Shown here: positions 20,187 through 29,825 of the stretch, in pieces
Layout: every line of letters starts with the position of its first letter
Position numbering within the stretch: position 1 is the stretch's first letter
Assembly: GCA_963675525.2 (NCBI GenBank)
Contig: CAXXSL010000013.1
Span: 192,001 to 256,000, forward strand
From: Anaerohalosphaeraceae bacterium
GTDB lineage: Bacteria; Planctomycetota; Phycisphaerae; Sedimentisphaerales; Anaerohalosphaeraceae
DNA: 64,000 nucleotides
Direction: 5' to 3'
The notes under the pieces: generated by a model
What the model was told of the DNA's origin: nothing
The model's input: the letters and a program-made list of their open reading frames with translations, nothing else
The model's database searches: none
Position numbers and translations under genes: made by a program

Positions 20187-22037
20187 TTGGCGGAAATGAT
20201 GAGTCTTTTACAGGAAAATATTGACCCGAAAAATCTCGAAAAACTGAATGCACTTGGCAATGACCGTTTAAACACCTTCGTAGCCGAGGCCATTGAACTG
20301 ACGAATCCGGACAGCGTTCTGGTCTTTACCGATTCATCCGAAGACATCGAGACACTCCGCAACATGGCGAAAAACGGCGGCGGCGAGCACACCCTGGCCA
20401 CACCGGGCCATACCTATCACTTTGACGGTCCCAAGGACCAGGCCCGCGACAAAGCCAACACCAAGTACCTCCTGCCGAAGGGCATGGATCTGGGTGAAAG
20501 CCTCAACTCCATGGACAAGACCGAAGGCACCGCCGAAGTCAAAGGCTTTTTGAAGGATTCATACGTCGGCAAGCAAATGCTGGTATGCTTCTTCTGCCTG
20601 GGCCCGACCAATTCGGACTTCTCGATCTCGTGTGCGCAGATCACCGATTCACCGTATGTCGCTCACAGCGAAAGCATCCTATACCGCCCCGGCTACGAAC
20701 AGTTCAAAGCCGCCGGCGACGGATTCTTCCGCTTCCTGCACACCCAGGGCGAAACCGACGCCAACGGCTGCAGCGTCAATGTTGACAAACGCCGCGTCTA
20801 TATCGACCTGGAAGACAATATCGTGTACTCGACAAATACCCAGTACGCCGGAAACACCGTCGGCCTCAAAAAGCTGGCTTTGCGTCTGGCGATCCAGAAA
20901 TCGTCCAAAGAAGGCTGGCTCGCCGAGCACATGTTCATCATGGGACTCAACGGCCCGAACGGCCGCAAGACCTACTTTGCCGGTGCATTCCCGTCAGCCT
21001 GCGGAAAAACATCGACCGCAATGCTGCCCGGTCAGACCATCATCGGCGACGATATCGCCTACTTCCGCAAAAAAAACGGCAAGTTCATGACCGCCAACGT
21101 CGAACAGGGTATCTTCGGCATTATTGAAAATGTTAATGCCGATGACGACCCCGTCATCTTCGAAGCGCTCAACAGCCCCGGCGAAGTCATCTTCGGAAAC
21201 GTACTGATTGCAGACGGCAAGCCTTACTGGATGGGCATGGGCTCTGACATCACCACCAGCGGCACCAACTACCAGGGCGCTTGGGATCCAAGCATGACCG
21301 ACGTGAATCCCTCGCACAAGAACGCCCGTTACACGATTCGCCTGGATGCACTGGACAACGTGGACCCCGAACTGGACAACCCCAACGGCGTCGAAGCCGG
21401 CGGCATTATCTACGGCGGCCGCGACAGCGACACACAGGTGCCCGTCGAGCAGGCGTTTAACTGGACCGAGGGCATCATCGCCAAGGGCGCATCCATCGAA
21501 TCGGAAACCACCGCCGCAACATTGGGCAAAGCAGGCGTGCGAGCCTTCAACATTATGGCCAACCAGGACTTCGTCTCGATTCCGCTCGGTCAGTATATCC
21601 AGAACAACCTGGACTTCGTCGAAGGCATTAACAACGTCCCGTCGATCTTCTCGACCAACTACTTCCTCAAGGGCGACGACGGTCAGTTCCTCAACGGCAA
21701 ACTCGACAAGATGATCTGGGTCTTGTGGGCCGAGCTGCGGGTCAACGGCGATGTGGAAGCCATCAAGACGCCAACCGGCTGGATTCCCAAATATGAGGAC
21801 CTCGCGCCGCTGTTCAAAGAAAAACTGAACAAGGAATACAGCAAGGACGATTACGTCAAGCAGTTTACGATTCGCATTCCGAATCTGCTGGCCAAGTACG
21901 ACCGCGTCGAAGCCATCTACAAGGCAAAGGTCGCCGATACGCCGCAGATCGTGTACGACACCTTCGCGGCCATTCGCAAACGACTCAAAGACACGCAGGC
22001 CGAAAAAGGCGACAACATCAGCCCCCTCGACCTGTAA
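20187..22037 (+). CDS. pckG: Phosphoenolpyruvate carboxykinase (GTP)
   Basis: YAGN..GLKK, WLAEHM, AFPSACGKTS, GDDIAY, HKNARY, GIIYGGR. Confidence 0.95.
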   Translation: MAEMMSLLQENIDPKNLEKLNALGNDRLNTFVAEAIELTNPDSVLVFTDSSEDIETLRNMAKNGGGEHTLATPGHTYHFDGPKDQARDKANTKYLLPKGMDLGESLNSMDKTEGTAEVKGFLKDSYVGKQMLVCFFCLGPTNSDFSISCAQITDSPYVAHSESILYRPGYEQFKAAGDGFFRFLHTQGETDANGCSVNVDKRRVYIDLEDNIVYSTNTQYAGNTVGLKKLALRLAIQKSSKEGWLAEHMFIMGLNGPNGRKTYFAGAFPSACGKTSTAMLPGQTIIGDDIAYFRKKNGKFMTANVEQGIFGIIENVNADDDPVIFEALNSPGEVIFGNVLIADGKPYWMGMGSDITTSGTNYQGAWDPSMTDVNPSHKNARYTIRLDALDNVDPELDNPNGVEAGGIIYGGRDSDTQVPVEQAFNWTEGIIAKGASIESETTAATLGKAGVRAFNIMANQDFVSIPLGQYIQNNLDFVEGINNVPSIFSTNYFLKGDDGQFLNGKLDKMIWVLWAELRVNGDVEAIKTPTGWIPKYEDLAPLFKEKLNKEYSKDDYVKQFTIRIPNLLAKYDRVEAIYKAKVADTPQIVYDTFAAIRKRLKDTQAEKGDNISPLDL

Positions 22038-22093
22038 TGGGAACGCGGGCGTCTCGCCCGCATATAAAAACGCCATGGCGCAAGCCATGCGAA
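22038..22093. repeat. REP-like 25-mer followed by the 29-bp GCAA hairpin repeat
   Basis: Matches 16896-16920 (23/25, inverted) and 16652-16680 (29/29). Confidence 0.8.
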
Positions 22094-22166
22094 CAAAGAA
22101 CCATTGTGCAGCACGGTCAGGTTATCCTGCCCGTGCTTTTTTATTTGCTTTCTAATGCAAAAGTTC

Positions 22167-22847
22167 TTACAGATAGTCTAATATCTGTTCAATATTGGAA
22201 ATGACATGATCGGCAATTTTCTTTCTTTCTTCGATGACTTCGGGCCACTGACGTGATATGATTTCAGTCGTCAATACCGTTTTCATCCCGACCGCCTTAG
22301 CGCCGACAAGTTCATTCGAGTTGCCGTCCCCGACAAAGAGCGACTCGTTGGCTTGTACATTCAGCCTGTCAAGACAGATTTGATAGATCTGTTTCTGCGG
22401 TTTCATGCAGCCGACATCGCAGGAGAAAACCGTCGCATCAAACTTCCCGCTTAACGGGCTTTTATCCCAGCCCTTTCGTTCCGGCCAGTCGGCATTACTG
22501 CACAGCGCCGTCAAAACGTCAGCCTGACGGATCCGATCCAGGGTTTGCAGGACATGCGGCTGTACCGCAATTATTGCCGCGGCAAAACGTTTTTCTCTTG
22601 TCTGTGCTGCTTGTGTAATTCTGTCGTGCGGAACATCATAGCCGCCCAGCTTAACCAGTTCAGCAATGATTTGTACCGTATCCGTCATCCGCCCGCAAAG
22701 CCGTTCTTCGGACCGCTCGAAAACCAGCCTGTTCCACTGCTCCTCCGGTATTCCAAGAATCTCCGCCGTCGAAGGACCCGAAACACCGTCCGTTTTAACA
22801 CTGACCAAGGTATGAAAGAGGTCAAAAACAATCGCTTTGGGTTTCAT
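22167..22847 (-). CDS. HAD-superfamily hydrolase
   Basis: FDLFHTL motif I, CSN motif II, KP motif III and FVGDG motif IV. Confidence 0.9.
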   Translation of the reverse strand: MKPKAIVFDLFHTLVSVKTDGVSGPSTAEILGIPEEQWNRLVFERSEERLCGRMTDTVQIIAELVKLGGYDVPHDRITQAAQTREKRFAAAIIAVQPHVLQTLDRIRQADVLTALCSNADWPERKGWDKSPLSGKFDATVFSCDVGCMKPQKQIYQICLDRLNVQANESLFVGDGNSNELVGAKAVGMKTVLTTEIISRQWPEVIEERKKIADHVISNIEQILDYL

Positions 22848-22860
22848 TACTTTTCTATGC

Positions 22861-23421
22861 TTATTTTGCCGGGATTTTGATCATTGTGCCGATGACGAGA
22901 TTTTTGGCTGCGGCAACCTCCGGATTCAATGCCTCGATCTCTTTGTAGCGGGCGCCGTTGTCGAGTTCATTGGCGGCGATCTTCCAGAAACTGTCGCCGT
23001 CCTTGATGGTGTATTCTCTAACACCGGCGGGTAGTGGTGTTGCGGGTTTTGAAACTCCCGGCCTTTGCGGTGCCGCTGTTACGGCGGGAGCGGCCGAGGC
23101 CGATTGAGGCAACTGGCTTAAGGCCTGCTTGAGTACTGCCTGGGTTCGTCCGAGTTCTGTTTTGGCCCGTGTCAGTTCCGCATTCAGCCGCGTGGTATCA
23201 TTCCGGGACCTGCTCAGATCACCCTTGAGTTTGGAGATTTCGGCATTGGCCTTCGTTAGGTCATCCTGCGTCTGTAACTGGCCCGTCTGTAACTGGTCGA
23301 TCATCGCATTAGCCTGGCTGATCTTCGATTGAGCCGCCCAATACCCGATGCCCGTTCCGCCGGCCAGCCCAACCAGCACGACGACGGCATAGATGACTGC
23401 CTGCTTGGTCATTTTGTCCAC
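22861..23421 (-). CDS. Membrane-anchored coiled-coil LysM protein
   Basis: N-terminal TM, coiled coil, Pro/Ala linker and YTIKDGDSFWKIA...LN...L.IG..IKIP. Confidence 0.9.
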   Translation of the reverse strand: MDKMTKQAVIYAVVVLVGLAGGTGIGYWAAQSKISQANAMIDQLQTGQLQTQDDLTKANAEISKLKGDLSRSRNDTTRLNAELTRAKTELGRTQAVLKQALSQLPQSASAAPAVTAAPQRPGVSKPATPLPAGVREYTIKDGDSFWKIAANELDNGARYKEIEALNPEVAAAKNLVIGTMIKIPAK

Positions 23422-23683
23422 TCCTTAAATATTTCTGCCAAATTACATCTGCAAATTCTAACCGCCATCCATCCCAGAATCAAGCAATTTAAACCGCCAT
23501 ACCTGCACCAAAGAGACAAAATCAGAATTAATGCACCCGTTGCTCTCGATTTTCAGGAAAATTTTGCACCGGCTGAACATAACGCTGTTTCTTTTCGTAG
23601 AAACAGGGTTGATGCCGCCTGTTTTTCGGTTGAGACGTTCACAAGTCAATAACCACTCAAGAGATATTATCGGAGACACGACT

Positions 23684-23821
23684 ATGAAGCAGCTTGGAAA
23701 ATCACGGGGCCATACGCACCCCCGCAAACAATCACTGCGGCTGCCCGCCGAATGGGTCAAACACAACTACGCCGCAGACCTGAATAACCAAAAACTCTTA
23801 AAAAGGAGCACCCCTAAATAA
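23684..23821 (+). CDS. Possible 45-aa basic small protein
   Basis: GGAG SD before the ATG; MKQLGKSRGHTHPRKQ...; no recognised family. Confidence 0.3.
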   Translation: MKQLGKSRGHTHPRKQSLRLPAEWVKHNYAADLNNQKLLKRSTPK

Positions 23822-23902
23822 ACCGTTAAACACACCCTGAATGTGCCTGTGAAAACTGTGCTTACGGACAGAAGGCAGCGGTTGTTACTCTGTGAAAAGG
23901 TA

Positions 23903-23995
23903 ATCCCGGAGGGATGGCGATATCGTAGCCGCCCGATTAAACCCCCGGAATAGAGGGCCTCTCCCTCCCTTTAAGCCCCAAAGGGGCGATATAAG
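23903..23995. repeat. Diverged solo unit of the tnpA-associated repeat family
   Basis: ATCCC-GGA-GGGAT, TAGCCGC, AAACCC.CGG and GCCCC-AAA-GGGGC in the same order as in 11136-11244. Confidence 0.55.
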
Positions 23996-24093
23996 AGAAG
24001 CTTTTCTCCAGAGCAAGCGGTTGTGTTTTTTGCGCATAAAAAAAGCCTCAACCCGGGGTTGAAGCTTGGAATTTACATTTTTCAGAGTAAACG

Positions 24094-24627
24094 TTACATC
24101 CGCCAATCGAGGGGGTAATGGATACTGCGAGGGCTGATGTCGAATGTCCGGCTCAGGGACTCGGCCAGTGCGTCCGTCCGCTGCAGTTGGTTGTCGGTCA
24201 CCCCGTCGCTTCGCCGGTCCGATATCACACAAATCCGTATCGTCCCGGACTTGCTGCCGCAGGGCTGCTGTTTGGCCCAGAAGTCGGCCGCCTGGACCTG
24301 ACCGTCGTCACCGCCCTTGCCGTTGCAGACCACAAAATGGACATCCGCCGAACCGCCATCTGCCAATCCGGTCAGCAACGCCAGTTCACCAACATTTCCG
24401 CCGCCGGTCTTGCTGTAAACGATCTCGATCCGGTTCCACTGGACCGCCTCGGTCCGGATCGTATTGCGAACCACCTCTTCAACGGGGTCCAGACGAAGAT
24501 AACTCGACAGACTGTAAGCCCCCGCGCTGGGACCGTTATGGTCCAGTGACATCAGCACCAGAGCACCTACGGTCATCGAGGCGATTAGTGAAAAGAGTAC
24601 TGCGATATTTCTGTTTTGACCAGCCAT
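24094..24627 (-). CDS. Membrane-anchored N-acetylmuramoyl-L-alanine amidase-like protein (degenerate)
   Basis: TM helix, W..I.I.YS, HFVVCNG.GG.DGQVQ...W..Q, IRICV and T..Q.....L...L...F.I....I. Confidence 0.6.
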   Translation of the reverse strand: MAGQNRNIAVLFSLIASMTVGALVLMSLDHNGPSAGAYSLSSYLRLDPVEEVVRNTIRTEAVQWNRIEIVYSKTGGGNVGELALLTGLADGGSADVHFVVCNGKGGDDGQVQAADFWAKQQPCGSKSGTIRICVISDRRSDGVTDNQLQRTDALAESLSRTFDISPRSIHYPLDWRM

Positions 24628-25001
24628 GTTCATCCCTGATTCTGATTCATTCATCCCACCGGGGTAAGTGGGCGTACTTCGGTCTATCCCTGACACCATT
24701 ATACTATGTATTTCGGTAGGATGCATGAGTTTTGTATAAAGTTTTCTAATTTTTTCTGTCATTCCATATAAAACTTACGAAATATATCGGCAGATATACC
24801 GAGTAAAAACGCTTCGTGTCCGGATTTGCTCTCGCATTTTGTAAAAAGATTGGTACACTATTAACGATTATAACGGTAACAAGACGTTTCGGACACTTGT
24901 GACGGACCGAATCGACCAAACGCCGCCGGCAGCCTTTGTGAACGGAGCGGCCGGATAGATCAAAATTATGAAATACTGGCATAATATTATAAGGAGTTAT
25001 C

Positions 25002-25703
25002 ATGTCTGAATTAGACGTCATTCGTCAAATCGCTCAACAGGTACTCAGCGTACCGACGCTGACAGGGATACAGGATAACTGGTTATGGGACCGCACCCTG
25101 CGTATTCTCCGCAATGTTGAACATATCTGCAGGATGCCCGAACTGACCGAACAGGCGATGTCGATCGACCGGTTCTGCCTGATCGCGGCGGCTTATTTTT
25201 CCGATTCGGGCTTTGCTCACTTCACCGATGCTGAAAATGTCTCGGCGCGGTTGGTGCTGGCTGACATCAGCCTTTCGGACCTGTGTGATTTCTCCACCCA
25301 GATCGTTTCGGACCGTCTGTCCGGAGCCCTGGCCGGGCCGCGCATCGACAAGATCAATAAGATCATCGTCGAATCCTCCAACCGCTTCACGCATATGACC
25401 GAAGCAATGATTCTCTCGGACGCTCGAAATCTGGACGACATGGGTGCGGTGGGCCTTTTTCACGAGTTCCGCCGCTATGTCATTCACGGCAAAGGCGTTT
25501 CGGATGTTATGGATAACTGGAAACGCAAGATCGACTACCGCTACTGGCAGGCCCGTCTGAAGGAAAGCTTTCGCTTTGAGACTTCGCGCAAGCTGGCCGA
25601 ACAGAGGTTCAGTGCCGCCGAGTACTTCATGAATCAACTGAATGTCGAAAATGCCGCCAAAGACTTGGAGGAACTGCTGCTCGAATCACTGGACAAACGT
25701 TAA
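25002..25703 (+). CDS. HD-domain-like protein (degenerate metal ligands)
   Basis: EAMILSDARNLDDMGAVG resembles the HD-family EA.I..DADRLD.LGA.G; the HD dyad appears as AAYFSD. Confidence 0.65.
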   Translation: MSELDVIRQIAQQVLSVPTLTGIQDNWLWDRTLRILRNVEHICRMPELTEQAMSIDRFCLIAAAYFSDSGFAHFTDAENVSARLVLADISLSDLCDFSTQIVSDRLSGALAGPRIDKINKIIVESSNRFTHMTEAMILSDARNLDDMGAVGLFHEFRRYVIHGKGVSDVMDNWKRKIDYRYWQARLKESFRFETSRKLAEQRFSAAEYFMNQLNVENAAKDLEELLLESLDKR

Positions 25704-25724
25704 CAATTAAGAAAGTCTGATAAT

Positions 25725-26246
25725 ATGGAAAGTAAAAAAGTAACCGCCATTTTTCCCGGCTCGTTCGACCCCATCACCAATGGCCACCTCGACGTCATCC
25801 GAAGGGGCAACAAGCTCTTCGACAATCTGGTGATCGCCGTCGGACAGAATCCGGGTAAATCTGAATTCTTCACTAAGGACGAGCGTATACGGATGATCCG
25901 GGAGCTGACCGCCGACATGCCGCGGGTCACCGTTCAAACCTACGACTGCCTGACCGTCAAGTTTGCCGCCGACATCAAAGCCGATGTCATGCTCCGGGGC
26001 CTGCGAAACCTCAGCGACGTCGCATACGAATTCCAGTTGGCGATGACCAACCGAACGGTCGCCGGCATCGAAACCGTTTTCGTCATGACCAGCGAAGAAT
26101 ACGGCTATGTCAACTCCACCATGGTTCGCCAGATCGCCCTGCTCGGAGGTGACGTCTCAAAATTAATCCCAGAATCCGTCTATCAGCAATTGCGAGAGAA
26201 AATTAATAAAACATCTCACACAATAGACACCGACGTCCCTGAATGA
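25725..26246 (+). CDS. coaD: Phosphopantetheine adenylyltransferase
   Basis: FPGSFDPITNGHLDVI, RGLR..SD..YE.Q.A..N. Confidence 0.98.
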   Translation: MESKKVTAIFPGSFDPITNGHLDVIRRGNKLFDNLVIAVGQNPGKSEFFTKDERIRMIRELTADMPRVTVQTYDCLTVKFAADIKADVMLRGLRNLSDVAYEFQLAMTNRTVAGIETVFVMTSEEYGYVNSTMVRQIALLGGDVSKLIPESVYQQLREKINKTSHTIDTDVPE

Positions 26247-26298
26247 CGGCCAGGCGTCCGAAAAAGGCGGCACTTGAAATAAAGATAAAGGAGCTGGC

Positions 26299-26664
26299 AT
26301 GTTTACAATCTTTTTGACAACCGCATTTACGGCACCGCATCAATTGACATTTTCTAACGGCACACAGGAACCCCTGCACGAACACGAATGGAAGGTCTGT
26401 GCCGCCGTTTCTGCCGATAAATTGAATGCCGAAGACCTTGTTATGGACTTTGAGGAGCTTAAACTCCTGCTTGAAGGCGCCCTGCAGGACTTTCGCAACA
26501 AACGGCTCGAAACCATCCCCCTTTTCGAGCACCGAAACACCTCGGCGGAAAACCTCGCCCGCATCCTGTACCAGCAAATCGCCCCCAGACTGCCGGATAC
26601 CGTTTGTCTGGATTATGTCGAGGTCACAGAAGCGGCTAATTGTCGAGCCCGTTACTCAATTTAA
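26299..26664 (+). CDS. 6-pyruvoyl-tetrahydropterin synthase (PTPS/QueD) family protein
   Basis: F.A.H.L, EPLHEH.W.V, VMDF..LK, NTSAENLA, V.VTE. Confidence 0.88.
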   Translation: MFTIFLTTAFTAPHQLTFSNGTQEPLHEHEWKVCAAVSADKLNAEDLVMDFEELKLLLEGALQDFRNKRLETIPLFEHRNTSAENLARILYQQIAPRLPDTVCLDYVEVTEAANCRARYSI

Positions 26665-26754
26665 TCTGTTTCTGTTTCAGATGGGGTGCTTTTTCGTCGA
26701 TATTACAATATTCCTGTGTTATAATAGATTTCGATATTCTGTAAGGAAAAAATA

Positions 26755-27249
26755 ATGCTTTGTCAAAACTGCAAAGAACATACAGCAACCGTACACCTAA
26801 CCGAAATGTCCGACGGACAGCGGAGCGAAACGCATTTGTGTCAGCAGTGCGCCCAGCAGCAGGGACTGGCCATCAAAACACAGATTCCCCTGAACGAACT
26901 ACTCGGCACGCTGCTCAGTACCCAGCCGGAAAGCGGCGAGAAAAAAAACTCCCCTGCCGCCGAACACCCGTGCCCGAATTGCGGAATGACGCTTAAACGC
27001 TTTTCAAAAGAAAGCCTGCTCGGCTGTCCGCATGATTACACGGAATTTGAGCATGAATTGAAGCCCCTGATCGAGCAGACCCAAAACGGAAAAGACCATC
27101 ACTGCGGCAAAGTCCCGTCCCGCATCCCGAAAGAAGACCGTCAGGATGCCGAGCTGATCAAGCTGAACCGTCAGTTGGACGTTGCCGTCAAAAATGAAGA
27201 TTACGAAACCGCCGCAAGATTGCGGGATCAGATAAAGTCATGCACATGA
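26755..27249 (+). CDS. mcsA: McsA, Zn-binding UVR-domain activator of McsB
   Basis: MLCQNC...ATVHLT, LCQQCA, CPNCG, LGCPHDY, H.GKVP and EDYETAARLRD. Confidence 0.95.
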   Translation: MLCQNCKEHTATVHLTEMSDGQRSETHLCQQCAQQQGLAIKTQIPLNELLGTLLSTQPESGEKKNSPAAEHPCPNCGMTLKRFSKESLLGCPHDYTEFEHELKPLIEQTQNGKDHHCGKVPSRIPKEDRQDAELIKLNRQLDVAVKNEDYETAARLRDQIKSCT

Positions 27250-28304
27250 GACCGGCCGATTTATGTCAATATCCAAGTTCGTGGTTTGCGGGAGGAACCG
27301 ATATTCTCTCCGAGGTGGTCATCTCCTCGCGCATTCGGCTGGCTCGCAATATTGCCGGCTATGAGTTTCTTTCCTGCCTGTCGCCCGACCGCCAGCAGCA
27401 GTTGCTGGATCGCATCAAAGAGACGCTTTTGTCGCTGGACCTCGGCGGCAAGGTGGATTATGTTGACATCGACCATGCCTCGGACATCGAACGCAGTCTG
27501 TTTGTCGAACGGCATCTTATCAGTCAGCGGCACGCCAAAGGGACCGGCCCGCGCGGTGTCGTGATCGCCAAAGACGAAGCGTTCACGGCGATGATCAACG
27601 AAGAAGATCATCTGCGTATCCAGGTCTATGCGGCCGGACTGCAATTGCATGCCTGTTGGGAACGCATCAACCGCATCGACGATGCGATCGAGCAAAAACT
27701 TGACTATTCATTTGACATCCGGCGAGGATACCTGACCGCCTGCCCGACAAATCTGGGCACCGGCATCCGCGTCTCCGTGATGCTGCATCTGCCCGCGCTG
27801 AAAATGACCGGCCAGATCGAAAAATTCATGCAGGCCGCACGCGACTGCAATCTGGCTGTTCGCGGCCTCTTCGGCGAAGGCACCGAAGCCGTCGGCGATT
27901 TCTTCCAGTTGTCCAACCAGGTCACGCTCGGCGTCAGCGAAAAACAGATCGTCGATGACTTCACTGAGCGGATCGTTCCGAAGATCATCGCTTATGAAGC
28001 CGAAGCCCGCAAAACTCTGCTGGAGAAAAAGCCCCACGCACTGGACGACAAGATCCAGCGGGCATTGGGTGTGCTGCGAAGCGCCTGCCTGATCAGTTCG
28101 CAGGAAGCCCTCTTTTTGTTGAGCAATGTACGTCTGGGCGTCAATGTCGGCCGGGTCAAGGATATCAGCCTGTCCACCGTCAACGAGTTGTTCATGCTGA
28201 CTCAGCCGGCCCATTTGCAGTTACGTGCCGGTAAGATCCTCAACGCCGATCAGCGCGATACACTCCGCGCCGAGATTATCCGGTCCCGTATGAACCGAAA
28301 CTAA
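27240..28304 (+). CDS. mcsB: Protein-arginine kinase
   Basis: SSRIRLARN, ERHLIS, MINEEDHLRIQ, GYLTACPTNLGTG, VRGLFGEGT, QLSNQVTLG. Confidence 0.97.
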   Translation: MHMRPADLCQYPSSWFAGGTDILSEVVISSRIRLARNIAGYEFLSCLSPDRQQQLLDRIKETLLSLDLGGKVDYVDIDHASDIERSLFVERHLISQRHAKGTGPRGVVIAKDEAFTAMINEEDHLRIQVYAAGLQLHACWERINRIDDAIEQKLDYSFDIRRGYLTACPTNLGTGIRVSVMLHLPALKMTGQIEKFMQAARDCNLAVRGLFGEGTEAVGDFFQLSNQVTLGVSEKQIVDDFTERIVPKIIAYEAEARKTLLEKKPHALDDKIQRALGVLRSACLISSQEALFLLSNVRLGVNVGRVKDISLSTVNELFMLTQPAHLQLRAGKILNADQRDTLRAEIIRSRMNRN

Positions 28305-28345
28305 AGCTCTTGGAACCCATATCTTTGAAACCCCCGATTTGACCG

Positions 28346-28903
28346 TTACGTTTTGACCAGAAAAATCATGCTAACGGCAAACAGCACCAGACCGCCGGCG
28401 ATCGTTACCCAGCCTTTGGTCCGCTGCTTTTTCCACTTGGTCAGGCTCTGGGTGTATATCGGAGCCATCGCCGAATTACCGTTCTCTGATACCTCTCGCA
28501 TGTTTTCCAGGACTTCTTTGTTTGGCAGATACTGTTGGATGATCAGCGTATCCTGGGACATGACGTGTTCGTCGATCTTTTCCTTGGCAATGAGATCATA
28601 TTGAATGCCGCCCTTGGCCTGATCGAATCGGGCGGTGACAAAGTTGACATAGGGATCCTTTTTGGCCCGCTCAACCCATACCTGGCGGTCGGCGGCACTG
28701 AGGCCGAACGCGACCGGAAACAGCCGTTTTTTCTTGATCTTGATGCCGGTCGAGACCACGAAAATTGAGATCACAAACAGCACCCACAGCAAAATTCTCA
28801 CGCCCCGGCTGGTTTTTCGTTTGACAGGGACCCGGACAGAAGTCTCGTCCGGGGTCGATAACGACACTGCAGGCTCTGAAACATTTTCGACAGGTTCCGG
28901 CAT
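28346..28903 (-). CDS. Hypothetical membrane protein (2 TM)
   Basis: 185-aa ORF with N- and C-terminal TM helices; SD AAGGAG. Confidence 0.7.
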   Translation of the reverse strand: MPEPVENVSEPAVSLSTPDETSVRVPVKRKTSRGVRILLWVLFVISIFVVSTGIKIKKKRLFPVAFGLSAADRQVWVERAKKDPYVNFVTARFDQAKGGIQYDLIAKEKIDEHVMSQDTLIIQQYLPNKEVLENMREVSENGNSAMAPIYTQSLTKWKKQRTKGWVTIAGGLVLFAVSMIFLVKT

Positions 28904-29047
28904 AAATAATCTCCTTTAGATAAACCATTTAAGCTGATGTACAGTATACCTTTTCCCCGGAAAACAGGCAATTAAAAAGACCAAAGAAGTTTCCGGGTGT
29001 TATATACTGCGATCGGGCGGCTCTGTAATCTGAGAGATAATATTTGC

Positions 29048-29416
29048 TTACTGCTGACTGTCAACGGTTTCGATCTTTTCGACTCGGCTGCTGTAGCCGA
29101 TACCGTACTGCCCGAAGCCTCTTTCGGTGAGAAAGAAGATGGTGGACTCCTCCGCCTGATCGATCTGAACAGCGCTTTCGCGTTTGGCATCGTCAAAAAA
29201 TTCCTTTGCGACGCCCTCGCCAAAACAGACGGTGTGGTCCAGTGCGGTCACGGGGTAATCAGTGATAAGCTGCTGGAGCCGCTTTCGCGTCAGGTGCATA
29301 CCACCGGCCAGCGACTGGTGTTCTCCGCCGGCATCCAGTTTGTGCCAAGTGTCTCCCGCCGCTGACTTCGTGCGGATGTAGATACTTCCCGATTTTGTGT
29401 GATAATGTATCTGCAT
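29048..29416 (-). CDS. Hypothetical protein
   Basis: Open frame MQIHYHTKSGSIYIR... with codon usage like its neighbours; start uncertain. Confidence 0.5.
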   Translation of the reverse strand: MQIHYHTKSGSIYIRTKSAAGDTWHKLDAGGEHQSLAGGMHLTRKRLQQLITDYPVTALDHTVCFGEGVAKEFFDDAKRESAVQIDQAEESTIFFLTERGFGQYGIGYSSRVEKIETVDSQQ

Positions 29417-29825
29417 ATTGAACACCCTAAACACAATTCGGCCCCCATTTTCAGGTTACCCGTTTTCTACGATTACCAGGTTTTTCATTATACCAAAAAG
29501 CTGGATAAAATATGAAGATTTTGTAAGGGAAAATAGCTCGCAGTACATTTTTTTTTAATAATAGCGAGACATCGAAAAGGGAGCTGTATTTTATAGGACG
29601 ATTCTAAAGCAAAACAAAAACTTTTTTTCGGCCATTCAGAGAACCGCCAAAGCGGATCGTATGCAAGAACAAGCGCAATGGCGCAAGTCGGAATTGGGCG
29701 GTTTTAAGAATTTCGGAAAGCTTTTCTAATTACATGACAAGCACTCCTACCTCCTTAATTTACCTTGAGTTGCCCGAATGAAAAGGAAAGTAAGTATCCG
29801 TGTTACGCATCATAGTTTGATTCGA

